Source of the DNA: Candidatus Moraniibacteriota bacterium
GTDB taxonomy: Bacteria > Patescibacteriota > Minisyncoccia > Moranbacterales > UBA1568
DNA: 64,000 nucleotides
Assembly: GCA_008012175.1 (NCBI GenBank)
Contig: SSEF01000010.1
Span: 2,923-66,922 of the forward strand
Direction: 5' to 3'
Shown: in pieces, positions 55,760 to 64,000 of the stretch
Layout of the letters: each line of letters starts with the position of its first letter
How positions within the stretch are numbered: position 1 is the first letter of the stretch
Made by a program: the position numbers and the translations under genes
Notes under the pieces: generated by a model
The model's database searches: none
Seen by the model: only the letters and a program-made list of their open reading frames with translations
Told to the model about the DNA's origin: nothing

Positions 55760-58045
55760 ATGCCGTCCGCACTCGTGCCGTTGCTTGGCCTCGCCACCGC
55801 TGTTGCTGCCGTATGGCTGCGCCACCATTTTTTCCTGCTCCCAGGCGACTGGTCTGCCACCGGCTTTGCGCTCGGCATCAGCGCCGCCCTGATCTTTCCT
55901 CTCGCTCTCTATTCAAGATTCCGGACGATACCCTGGCGAGTCCGTATCCCGCGCTTGGCGAGCATGGCAGCCATCCTTGGGCTGACGGTCATCGTCTTCA
56001 ACGCTCAGACATTTGGCATCGGACTGCTCCCCGGATACGACGCCCTCCTTCCGCTGAATGCATGGGGAAGCGCCAATCTCTCCTTCCTCTCGAAATTGGG
56101 CACCGTGCTCGGGGCCTTCGCGCTCTTCACCGTCTGTGCCTCGGCCATTGGCTACGCACTCCTCGGCCTGTTCCGTTTCGAGACAGATGACCGGAGCGGC
56201 TATGTTCAGGCTGCAAGGCTCATGACCGGATCTGCTGTCATTGCGATCTCTACGCTCGGACTCGGCGTGTCCGACCAGCTCTCGCCCGGCGCGATCTGGA
56301 TCGGTATCGCTGCCAGCATAGCCATCGGCTGGCGGCATATTGCTAGCCTTATCCGTTGGTGTTTCGGTAGTGACATCTGGACGATCGATGCGCGCCGCCC
56401 AACCTTTTTCATCGCCGCGCTTTGCTGTTTCCTCATCGCGCTGAGCCTCGGAGAAACGATTCGCCCAGCACCGACCGGCTACGACGATATGACATACTAC
56501 ATGGACCGGGTGCAGCGGATGCAGGACAGCTGGACACTCATCGCCGGCGGATATCCCTTTCCTTTCGAGCTACTCAGCACTGCCTTCGCCATCGCTGGCC
56601 GCGACACGACGATGATGCTCGCACTCGCCGTCGGCGCCTTTGGTCTTATTCTCGGATCCCTATTCCTCGCTGGCTTCGGCCGCACTATCCTCGGCACCGA
56701 GGCCGGATTAGCCGCCGCTGTCATCGCGCTTTCCGTCCCAATGGGTTCGGCGCTCGCCTTCCTTGAAACCAAGCCTGATGCCTGGCTTTTCCCCGTTGCA
56801 ACACTGTTCTTCTGGTCCCTTGTCCGCTGGCTCGGCACTGGCCATTCGGCACCGTTCCTCTTTGCGAGCTTCCTTCTAGGCTTCGCCGTCACCCTGAAGC
56901 TCACTGCCCTCTTTCTTTTAGCCCCGCTTTTCATCGCAGGTCTTATCGCTGCCATTCGCGGCATCATGAAAACACGCCGCAAGCGCATGCGGACCGGTCT
57001 GTTCGCGCTCGTCTGCTGCCTCCTGCCCATATTCCCGTGGCTTTGGCTCGCCGAATCCACCCGGCCGGACGATGATCCAAGGCGGATTGAAACGATCCTC
57101 TCGAGCCACGCCCCGTCCGAACCATCGCTCAGGCGCGACATCGATACCCTTCTTGCGGCAAGCAATTGCCAGCCGACAGGCCGGGAGGAGGATCTGAACC
57201 GTTTTACCGCTATCCGGCCAGCCGGAACTGGCATCCTTTTCCTTCCATGGGATCTCACGATGAATCTCAGCGTCCGGCTCTTCGCGACAGAATTCGGGCT
57301 CCTCTTTCTCGCCCTCCTGCCGATCTGGATCTGGCACGAGCTCATCCAACCGCGACGGCCAATCCGCGAACGACTCGGATCGCCTATGGTCCAGATTGCC
57401 CTCTTCGCTGCCGGGTTCATGCTGCTCTGGGTCAGTTTTGCGGAGCGAGTGTCCTGGTACGGCTACCCAGTGATCGCGCTCTTCGCACTCCTCATCGCCG
57501 CACTCGCCGACCAGGTCCGTACACTGCCATCGCCGGCCAGATGCGTGATTATCGGGATCCTCCTGCTTGGCCTCTGCAGTAACGTGCTGGTCCGGCTCAG
57601 CTTCGCCGGCACGCCAGAACGCCTCCGATTTGCGAGTGGCGCCTCTTCCACCGAGACCTACCTTGATTCGGCATTCCCCGGCCTCCGGACAATCAGAACC
57701 GCGTTAAACCGGCCGGATGAGCCGCGAGTCTATGTCGCCGGATCCCGTCTCTGGTACACCATCGATGACCGATCAGCCCGGGCGTACAATGACAGCCGGC
57801 TCGATACCTTCGCCTGCTTTCTCGATACCTATGGAGCCGACGGGACATTCCAGCAGCTCGCCGCGCTCGACATCCGCTATGTGCTGTTTCCGCGTTCACT
57901 TCTCCACGAACTCGATCGCCATCCTGAATCAACGCTCGGGGAAAAAGTAAGGCGCTTCACTGAGTTTTCCGGCCAGTACCTCCGCGTCGTATGGGGGTCG
58001 CCCCACTATCTCCTGCTCGAGCCCGGTGACACGGGCCGCAGATAA
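55760..58045 (+). CDS. Large polytopic membrane protein, possibly GT-C-fold glycosyltransferase-like (ArnT/PMT-like)
   Basis: At least 15 hydrophobic helices; loop motif PTGYDDMTYYMDRVQRM resembles the DE/DD-x-x-Y acidic loop motif of GT-C enzymes; start uncertain (55664-55760). Confidence 0.5.
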   Translation: MPSALVPLLGLATAVAAVWLRHHFFLLPGDWSATGFALGISAALIFPLALYSRFRTIPWRVRIPRLASMAAILGLTVIVFNAQTFGIGLLPGYDALLPLNAWGSANLSFLSKLGTVLGAFALFTVCASAIGYALLGLFRFETDDRSGYVQAARLMTGSAVIAISTLGLGVSDQLSPGAIWIGIAASIAIGWRHIASLIRWCFGSDIWTIDARRPTFFIAALCCFLIALSLGETIRPAPTGYDDMTYYMDRVQRMQDSWTLIAGGYPFPFELLSTAFAIAGRDTTMMLALAVGAFGLILGSLFLAGFGRTILGTEAGLAAAVIALSVPMGSALAFLETKPDAWLFPVATLFFWSLVRWLGTGHSAPFLFASFLLGFAVTLKLTALFLLAPLFIAGLIAAIRGIMKTRRKRMRTGLFALVCCLLPIFPWLWLAESTRPDDDPRRIETILSSHAPSEPSLRRDIDTLLAASNCQPTGREEDLNRFTAIRPAGTGILFLPWDLTMNLSVRLFATEFGLLFLALLPIWIWHELIQPRRPIRERLGSPMVQIALFAAGFMLLWVSFAERVSWYGYPVIALFALLIAALADQVRTLPSPARCVIIGILLLGLCSNVLVRLSFAGTPERLRFASGASSTETYLDSAFPGLRTIRTALNRPDEPRVYVAGSRLWYTIDDRSARAYNDSRLDTFACFLDTYGADGTFQQLAALDIRYVLFPRSLLHELDRHPESTLGEKVRRFTEFSGQYLRVVWGSPHYLLLEPGDTGRR

Positions 58046-58077
58046 GTCAGAACAGTTTTCTGATAAAAAAGTGGGTA

Positions 58078-58110
58078 TAGGATAGTTTCTCCTATACCCA
58101 GACAGATTCG
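58078..58110. terminator. Perfect 10-bp hairpin (GGGTATAGGA...TCCTATACCC) with A7 upstream: minus-strand terminator downstream of tRNA-Ala
   Basis: Read directly; on the minus strand the stem is followed by TTTTTTT. Confidence 0.6.
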
Positions 58111-58232
58111 TACTCTGCCGCACGCTAATGGATCGCTATCAGCAGTAGCCCGTAGGCTCCTAGAATGCAGATAATGGCCATGCGAATTTTCACGCTTCTC
58201 TCCTCTCTTTTCCGCTCACAAAATTTTCGAAG

Positions 58233-58303
58233 TTCCTGATTGTGGACCCGGCGAGAATCGAACTCGCGCCTCTGCAATGCGAATGCAGCGTTGTACCACT
58301 TAA
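58233..58303 (-). tRNA. tRNA-Ala (anticodon CGC), with G3:U70 identity pair
   Basis: Hand-folded: acceptor GGGCCCG/CGGGUCC with G3-U70 wobble, anticodon stem CUGCA/UGCAG, loop UUCGCAU, T-arm GCGAG-UUCGAUU-CUCGC, 71 nt. Confidence 0.75.
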
Positions 58304-58429
58304 CTACGGGCCCGGCAGAAAGAAAAACAACGGCAGTATAGGGCGGAAAAAGCAAAAAAGCAAGCTACCCGCCTATCCAGGTATCCTGGTATACTGGAGA
58401 AGTAATCACTCTTCAAACAACGCGACGCT

Positions 58430-58642
58430 ATGCACCAGATCACGCTGAAATACCTCGCCCGGAATATCGCTACCGTCGTCGGACTTGTTCTGGTCTGGCG
58501 CGGGATCTGGCACCTTCTTGACGGCATCGACAATCTCTTTTTCGCCGGAAGCCACTTCTGGACTGCGATTCCCGGAGTCATCCTCGGGCTTATCATCCTC
58601 TATCTCCCCGATAAGGATCTGAAGGAGATCGAGAAGCTCTAA
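58430..58642 (+). CDS. Small two-TM membrane protein
   Basis: Two hydrophobic helices (IATVVGLVLVW, AIPGVILGLIILYL). Confidence 0.4.
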   Translation: MHQITLKYLARNIATVVGLVLVWRGIWHLLDGIDNLFFAGSHFWTAIPGVILGLIILYLPDKDLKEIEKL

Positions 58643-58687
58643 CCAAGGAAACAGGCAGCGGCTTTCCCTTCCACGCCCCGATCCTCT

Positions 58688-59173
58688 CTACTCTCGCTCA
58701 GCTATAGCGCTTTCGATGATCCTGATGTCCTGTTCCAAGACAGCATCACCGTCACCGAAGAGAAACCGGGTGCGGAATTTCTTTTTCGCGAGAAATGCCG
58801 GAAACCAGTAGCGATCATCCGGCCACATCTCGTCATAAGGAATCTTGTCGATTGGAAACCACTCTGGCCGCATTTCTTCCGTCTCAACCGGATCGCCCTC
58901 CCACGCAGCGCTCCGGAATACATGGACTTCGAGGATGCTTCCCCGCTCTTTTTCAAACTCGAACTCATGAACGCCGACCTCTTCGAAGGCCGTGAGCCTG
59001 ATGCCGCATTCCTCTTGGGTTTCCCGGATCGCCCCTTCCGCCACCGATTCGCTCTCGTGCACCTTGCCGCCAAAGCCGTTCCAGCGGCCCGACCCGAAGC
59101 CGCGCTTCTTCATCCCGAGGAGCACTCTGTCGTCCTGAACCGCGAAAACAAGCGTGAAGAGCTTCCGTTTCAT
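58688..59173 (-). CDS. NUDIX hydrolase of the MTH1/NUDT1 type (8-oxo-dGTP diphosphatase-like)
   Basis: Nudix box [45 protein letters not shown] and [10 protein letters not shown]...KKKF closely resemble human MTH1 as remembered. Confidence 0.75.
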   Translation of the reverse strand: [161 protein letters not shown]

Positions 59174-59177
59174 GCGT

Positions 59178-60314
59178 CTAGTATATCACTACCGGTGTGC
59201 CGACCGGCGCCCACTCATAGACCCGCTTGGCTGGGCCGACACCGAGCCTCATGCAGCCATGCGAAACCGGAGTGCCCAGATGATTCGCCCCTTCCTTGTA
59301 GCCGCCCGGCCACTCGGGGAGCTCATGGATACCATATTTCCCGTCCGGCGTGATCGCCTGCCAATACGGCATGTAGAGGCTATAGGCCTTGGACCAAGGG
59401 CGGGCGGCCTTGTTCTCTATCGCAAATTCGCCCTTCGGCGTATCCATCCCGCGCTTCCCCGAAGAGATCATGTATGCATCGACGGCGCGACCGTCCTCGA
59501 AAAGCGTCATGACCTGGTGAGCGAGGTCGACATCGATGTATTTTCCGTCAGTCCGTTTGGCGCGCGTGAAGCGTTTCGCCTCTTCGATCCGGGTCGCGAA
59601 ATCACGGCTCAGAGTGGTCGGCCGGGGCGGAAGCGTCGTGAAACGACTCTCCCCGATCAGGCGATAGCCTTCGTCGCCGTCCGTTCGCCAGCGCGCCCAG
59701 ACAGAAAGGTGATGCGATCTCCCGGCATCGAGATCGGCCGACGGCAGAATCTCAAACACGGTTTTTTCTGGATTGTTCTGGTAAACGACCTCAACGGCCG
59801 GATCGATTCGAAAATCTACGTAGAAATCCCTTGCTGAACGGTCGAATTCGATCCGGATCGGATCTTCCACGCCCAAAAGGACATCGTGCGCCTGATCGCC
59901 TGGCGTCACTGAGACGATCTTCGGAAGCCGGGGCGAATCAAGACCGAAGGAAAAAATCGGTGTGCGCGCAAAGAACGACGTCAGACCCTGTCCGATCGAA
60001 AGCCGATACCGGGTCTCGATCGGCCAATTTTCCTCGGGAGTGATAATGAGCCGCTTGCCGAAATCATGCCACTCCGTCCGGAATGGAATCGCCGGATCGA
60101 GAATGATCTTATCCGTGAAGCTTTCCGCGCGAACCGCTTTGGAGAAGTCGATGACGACACTTTCGCGTGGGCCCGATAGCGCCTCGCGTTCGAGCATTGC
60201 GGTTACAGGTGCCTGCCGCCATTTCTCGATGGCGCCGACACCCACGACAAATCCTGTCAGGACGAAAAAGAAGGCGGACCAGAAGAAGAGAGAGAGTGAT
60301 CGCTGGATGGACAT
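59178..60314 (-). CDS. L,D-transpeptidase (YkuD domain) with N-terminal TM anchor and Ig-like domains
   Basis: C-terminal LGTPVSHGCMRLG catalytic Cys motif; N-terminal TM; two ~100-aa beta-rich domains. Confidence 0.8.
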   Translation of the reverse strand: MSIQRSLSLFFWSAFFFVLTGFVVGVGAIEKWRQAPVTAMLEREALSGPRESVVIDFSKAVRAESFTDKIILDPAIPFRTEWHDFGKRLIITPEENWPIETRYRLSIGQGLTSFFARTPIFSFGLDSPRLPKIVSVTPGDQAHDVLLGVEDPIRIEFDRSARDFYVDFRIDPAVEVVYQNNPEKTVFEILPSADLDAGRSHHLSVWARWRTDGDEGYRLIGESRFTTLPPRPTTLSRDFATRIEEAKRFTRAKRTDGKYIDVDLAHQVMTLFEDGRAVDAYMISSGKRGMDTPKGEFAIENKAARPWSKAYSLYMPYWQAITPDGKYGIHELPEWPGGYKEGANHLGTPVSHGCMRLGVGPAKRVYEWAPVGTPVVIY

Positions 60315-60320
60315 GAGGGT

Positions 60321-60488
60321 CTATTGATTTTGATTTTCGGCATTCTCGATTTTCCTGAGCGAGCGATGGATGGCGCGAGCGATCCGATTGCGTGTCAGGT
60401 AGCCGATTGCATAGCCGAGCACAGCCAGGACGATGCCTGAGGCGAGCCCTCCGGCAAACTGCGGCCAGAATTGTTCCCAGAAACTCAT
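60321..60488 (-). CDS. Unlisted 55-aa membrane peptide (MSFWEQFWPQFAGGLASGIVLAVLGYAIGYLTRNRIARAIHRSLRKIENAENQNQ)
   Basis: Hand-translated; below the ORF-track size cutoff; one TM helix plus basic tail; stop 6 nt before the L,D-transpeptidase start. Confidence 0.4.
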   Translation of the reverse strand: MSFWEQFWPQFAGGLASGIVLAVLGYAIGYLTRNRIARAIHRSLRKIENAENQNQ

Positions 60489-60493
60489 AGTTT

Positions 60494-61087
60494 TCAGCCT
60501 CCAAAAAATTTATTCTCTTCTTTTCTGAGTAGCGAGATGAGTTCGTCAAAGTACGGCTGGATTTCTGGCGACAGCGCTACCTTTTCCCTCTTGCTATCGT
60601 ACAGCATGGCGAGCGTCACACCTTTCTCCTGCCAAGTCCGGCCGCCATCGAGATAGATCTTCAGGACTGGCTCGATCTTGTCGAGCGCGTACACAAAACG
60701 GCTTTCAGCATCCTCTTTACGGACGTATCCCTCGATCGCCGCATGAAGCTCTGGCATTTCAGGGAACTCTCGCCGGAGCCGGAGAGCCGCTTCTTTTTCT
60801 CGTGCAGGCTTGCTCTCGAGCAGAGCCATATCCTCGCTATAGATATAGGTATCCCCCGCATAGACCTCGACGAGATCATGGGCGAGCGCATAACGGAACA
60901 CTCGATCGCGATCGAGCGGAAGCCTCTCGGTCTCCAGTATATACCACGCGAGCATCGCCAGGCTGTAGCTGTGCTCGACATCGTTTTCCCAGCGGCCACC
61001 CCCTCTGACGCGGATGACACGCTCCACCGACTGCAGTTCAGCTATGATCCTGGTGAACGAGAAGAGGCCGGCGAGCTTTTGATTCAT
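60494..61087 (-). CDS. HD-domain phosphohydrolase (YfbR-like 5'-deoxynucleotidase family)
   Basis: NDVEHSYSLAMLAWYI (H..H), LAHDLVEVYAGD (HD), later D; start placed at MNQKLAG (alternative MESNITR at 61108). Confidence 0.65.
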   Translation of the reverse strand: MNQKLAGLFSFTRIIAELQSVERVIRVRGGGRWENDVEHSYSLAMLAWYILETERLPLDRDRVFRYALAHDLVEVYAGDTYIYSEDMALLESKPAREKEAALRLRREFPEMPELHAAIEGYVRKEDAESRFVYALDKIEPVLKIYLDGGRTWQEKGVTLAMLYDSKREKVALSPEIQPYFDELISLLRKEENKFFGG

Positions 61088-61097
61088 GCGAGTGATA

Positions 61098-62651
61098 TTA
61101 CTCTCCATTCCACAGTCTTGCGAGCGCCTCCCTGATCTCCGTTTCGCGCTCCGCATAGATCGCCTGCCACTGCCATCGCGAGAGATGCATCGACGGCCAG
61201 TCCGCAGACGGTGAACCTGGGTGCGGCTGAGATCGCCAAAGATACGTATCGAGCATGCGCTGATAGCCGAAACGAAATTCATCGTGCCACTGCGTCTCCG
61301 AAGACGCGAGAGAGGCCCGTTTCGCTATGGCGGCGTCATCCAGAAGCCTTATCGTTTCCGGAAAAGCGTCCGTCGAAAGAGTCGATAGGTAGCCGAGATC
61401 GATCTCGCTCATTTCGGCATACCGTTCGATATTCTGACGCGCGATGAACTGGTCGGGATTCAGGATATTCACCGCCAAGAGAAAACATGCCATCGAGATT
61501 ATCCCGCGGAAAGCGAACGCCGCCCGATCTTCCCGAACGAAAATCTCGTACCCGAGCAAAAGCAGTATGGTTCCGATCCAGACGATGAAGATGTGACTGT
61601 AGAGACGCAAAGTCGTAAAGCCATAGGCTAATTCGTAGAGCGACAGACGCTGGAAGGAAGACGCCATCACAAATACCGTCTCGAGGATGAGGATGCCCGC
61701 CAGCCATTTGAACACCGGCAAATGCCGGGTACCGTCTCGCACGACCTGCCGCGCCGCAGCCAAGAGCAGGAAAAAAGCGATGAGCGAAACCGCTATCAGC
61801 TCAAAAAATCCCTGCCGGGCGTATTCGGCATAGGCAAACCCCTGGTTCGTGATTGCCCCTTCACCACCAAAGAAGTACGCGAACTGGATGAGAAGGAATG
61901 CGAAAAAAACCAGCGACACTGATCCGAGGACGATGCTCATTTCAATCGGGCCGAAACTCGGCTCTCTCGTTTTACCTGCCATGGACGGCGGCGATACCAG
62001 TTTCGCTCCCGAATGATGAGCGATGTAGGCATAGACCGCAAAGGCCGCGCCCGCGACCAATCCAACGCGCAGGAAAGAGTCAGCCATCGTGATCAGGATA
62101 TCGAGGCTGATGAGTTCCGTGACATACTTTCGAAAAACCAGATCCGCCGAAGAGAAGAGCAGGATGAGTACGCCGACGATCGGAAACGCGATCAGCGATC
62201 CCTTCAGAGCGCGCCTGAGGGCCTGGTATTTCTCTGCTCCCTCGAACGCAGTCAGTTCTTGCAGTCCGAAGAAGAAATGTGGGAAACATTTGACTGGTAG
62301 GAAGATGGTCGATGCATACTCGAAGACGGCATAGGATCGTACCTGTCTCCCGGCGAGGGATTCGATGCCGAGCGCGAGGAGCCCGAGGCTCGCAAGGAGG
62401 TTGAGCGTGGTCAAAAGTTCGCTCTCCCGTACGAAAACCATGACCGCGAAAAGGAAGCTCCCGCCGAAAAAGAACCAGATCCGCTGACCAGCCACACTGA
62501 TACGATCCGAGAAGAAGGCCAGCGCACCCACCATGAACGCACCGATCCATACCGGGTAGTTCACCCCGAGGAGCTGATCATGGAAGAGATACTCGAAAGC
62601 AACGCCCAAGGCGAGTGCAAACAGCAAGAGAGTGATCATTCGGCTCGACAT
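61098..62651 (-). CDS. Polytopic membrane protein (DUF4173-like?)
   Basis: ~12 hydrophobic helices then a ~110-aa soluble C-terminal region; family guess is weak. Confidence 0.5.
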   Translation of the reverse strand: MSSRMITLLLFALALGVAFEYLFHDQLLGVNYPVWIGAFMVGALAFFSDRISVAGQRIWFFFGGSFLFAVMVFVRESELLTTLNLLASLGLLALGIESLAGRQVRSYAVFEYASTIFLPVKCFPHFFFGLQELTAFEGAEKYQALRRALKGSLIAFPIVGVLILLFSSADLVFRKYVTELISLDILITMADSFLRVGLVAGAAFAVYAYIAHHSGAKLVSPPSMAGKTREPSFGPIEMSIVLGSVSLVFFAFLLIQFAYFFGGEGAITNQGFAYAEYARQGFFELIAVSLIAFFLLLAAARQVVRDGTRHLPVFKWLAGILILETVFVMASSFQRLSLYELAYGFTTLRLYSHIFIVWIGTILLLLGYEIFVREDRAAFAFRGIISMACFLLAVNILNPDQFIARQNIERYAEMSEIDLGYLSTLSTDAFPETIRLLDDAAIAKRASLASSETQWHDEFRFGYQRMLDTYLWRSQPHPGSPSADWPSMHLSRWQWQAIYAERETEIREALARLWNGE

Positions 62652-62699
62652 AGTATCCCCCCCTCCTCCACCCTGAGAGTTTCGGGCAAGCAGGCCGCT

Positions 62700-64000
62700 T
62701 TATTGCTTATGCGACGGTGCATCGATAGCTCCGCATCGCTTCCACTTCAAACCTGATCCGCAAGGACACGGGTCGTTCCGGCCGACCGTGTCGGCATTCT
62801 GGATAGGCGCTTGAGGTTCGGAGGGCTGCACTTTCTGCTCTCTGCCCTCAGGACTGACGCCTGCAAACTGCTCGATCGTATCAGACGCACCCTTGTACTC
62901 GACGGCTCGCGGGACGGATGAGACGACGCCCGGATGAAGAGCTGTCAATTTGAAGAGCGAGACGAGATAGGTCTTGCGGACCGTATCCATGAGGCCGACA
63001 AAGAGGTCATAGGCCTCGCGCTTGTACTCGATCAATGGGTCGCGCTGGCCATACCCGCGGAGCCCGATCCCCTGGCGGAGATAGTCGATCTCATCGAGAT
63101 GGTTCATCCAGAGCGTATCGAGCGACTGGAGGAGGAGGAGCCGCTGGAGCCGGTTCCAGTCATCCTTGCCGATCGCGGTTTCCTTGCTGGCGTAGGCGCG
63201 CTTTGCTTCGCCGACGAGATACTCGGTGATGGCTGATTTCTTTTCCGGCTCGGTCCGCGAACGGTCATCGCGGATCGATTCGAGCTTCGTCCGGGCCGCC
63301 TCGTCATCGAGCTCGGAGAAGAGGCTATTCGCCTCGTCGACGATGTCGGCCAAATTCCACTCGCCCTCATCCCCGGCCGTATGGAAGCCGATGACGCGCT
63401 CGAACTCGTCCGCGACGAGCCCGAGTGTCGTGTCGCGATACTCGGTTGCGCGGAGCCAATCAGCCCGTTTCTTGTAGACGACCTCGCGCTGCTTGTTCAT
63501 GACATCGTCATAGTCGAGCACGTGCTTCCGGATGTCGAAGTTATAGCCTTCGATCTTCGACTGGGCGGATTCGATCGTCTTCGAGACAAGACTATTTTCA
63601 ATCGCCTCGTCATCCGGGAGGCCGAGTGTCGTCATCATGCTCTTCATCCGGTCTCCGCCGAAGCGCCGCATGAGTTCATCTTCAAGCGAGACATAGAACT
63701 GCGACACGCCCGGATCGCCCTGTCGGCCGGCGCGTCCGCGGAGCTGGTTGTCGATGCGTCGCGCCTCGTGCCGCTCGCTACCGATGATCATGAGCCCGCC
63801 GAGCTCTTTCACGCCATCCCCGAGCTTGATGTCGGTGCCGCGTCCCGCCATGTTCGTCGCGATCGTGACCGCGCCCTTTTGCCCGGCGCTCGCGACGATC
63901 TGCGCTTCCTTCTCGTGATTCTTGGCATTCAGGACCTGATGCGGTACGCCCTCGCGGGCGAGCAGTGCCGAGAGGTACTCGGATTTCTCGATGGCGATCG
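62700..64000 (-). CDS. secA: Preprotein translocase ATPase SecA, 3' (C-terminal) portion; gene continues beyond the window end
   Basis: NMAGRGTDIKLG, DNQLRGRAGRQGDPG (motif VI), C-terminal zinc finger CPCGSGLKWKRCG; the frame stays open upstream of 63851 (hand-translated ...AGQKGAVTIATNMAGRG) to position 64000. Confidence 0.93.
   Translation of the reverse strand, partial: IAIEKSEYLSALLAREGVPHQVLNAKNHEKEAQIVASAGQKGAVTIATNMAGRGTDIKLGDGVKELGGLMIIGSERHEARRIDNQLRGRAGRQGDPGVSQFYVSLEDELMRRFGGDRMKSMMTTLGLPDDEAIENSLVSKTIESAQSKIEGYNFDIRKHVLDYDDVMNKQREVVYKKRADWLRATEYRDTTLGLVADEFERVIGFHTAGDEGEWNLADIVDEANSLFSELDDEAARTKLESIRDDRSRTEPEKKSAITEYLVGEAKRAYASKETAIGKDDWNRLQRLLLLQSLDTLWMNHLDEIDYLRQGIGLRGYGQRDPLIEYKREAYDLFVGLMDTVRKTYLVSLFKLTALHPGVVSSVPRAVEYKGASDTIEQFAGVSPEGREQKVQPSEPQAPIQNADTVGRNDPCPCGSGLKWKRCGAIDAPSHKQ

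Noticed and set aside
58125-58355. 76-aa minus-strand ORF overlapping tRNA-Ala
   Set aside because: Overlaps a confident tRNA; only its last 18 codons (MAIICILGAYGLLLIAIH) lie outside the tRNA, which is too weak to call.
1-64000. CRISPR arrays, IS elements, integrases or prophage genes
   Set aside because: No direct-repeat/spacer arrays, transposase or integrase-like ORFs were seen; the only compositionally foreign segment is the single HEPN-like gene.

Overview
This 64 kb window is a gene-dense stretch of bacterial chromosome (about 55-60% GC) dominated by housekeeping functions. Heat-shock genes: groES (no groEL next to it) and the hrcA-grpE-dnaK operon with a perfect CIRCE operator, plus an imperfect CIRCE upstream of groES. 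Translation: def-fmt, gltX, cysS, a short alaS, rplU, rpmA, rplI, queA, and prfB with the canonical +1 frameshift site (CTT TGA C) that the ORF track hides. tRNAs: Gln(CUG), Thr(CGU), Ala(CGC). Replication and repair: priA, dnaB, recR, scpAB, and an MTH1-like NUDIX hydrolase. Cell envelope and division: ftsEX, ftsA, mraY, a DacC-like carboxypeptidase, an L,D-transpeptidase, an M23 peptidase, a WecG-like transferase and yidD. Glycolysis: eno, pgk and a PfkB-family kinase. Signalling: a GGDEF cyclase, an HD-GYP-like protein with a non-canonical motif next to a bacteriohemerythrin, and a stand-alone ppGpp hydrolase. The 3' part of secA is at the right edge. Many proteins are short for their families (AlaRS 630 aa, HrcA 248 aa, PriA about 646 aa) and several have degenerate motifs, which fits a reduced-genome lineage, possibly CPR/Patescibacteria; this is inference from the sequence only. 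No CRISPR array, IS element or prophage was seen. Items worth follow-up: a single sharply low-GC gene (25008-25691) encoding a HEPN-like Rx4HG protein inserted beside the dnaK operon; an ORF-poor 1 kb region (30070-31095) bounded by minus-strand terminators and the hrcA promoter; a stand-alone Cas4-like Fe-S nuclease; a PriA with degenerate helicase motifs; a CorA with SMN in place of GMN; and an uncharacterised bitopic protein downstream of ftsA.
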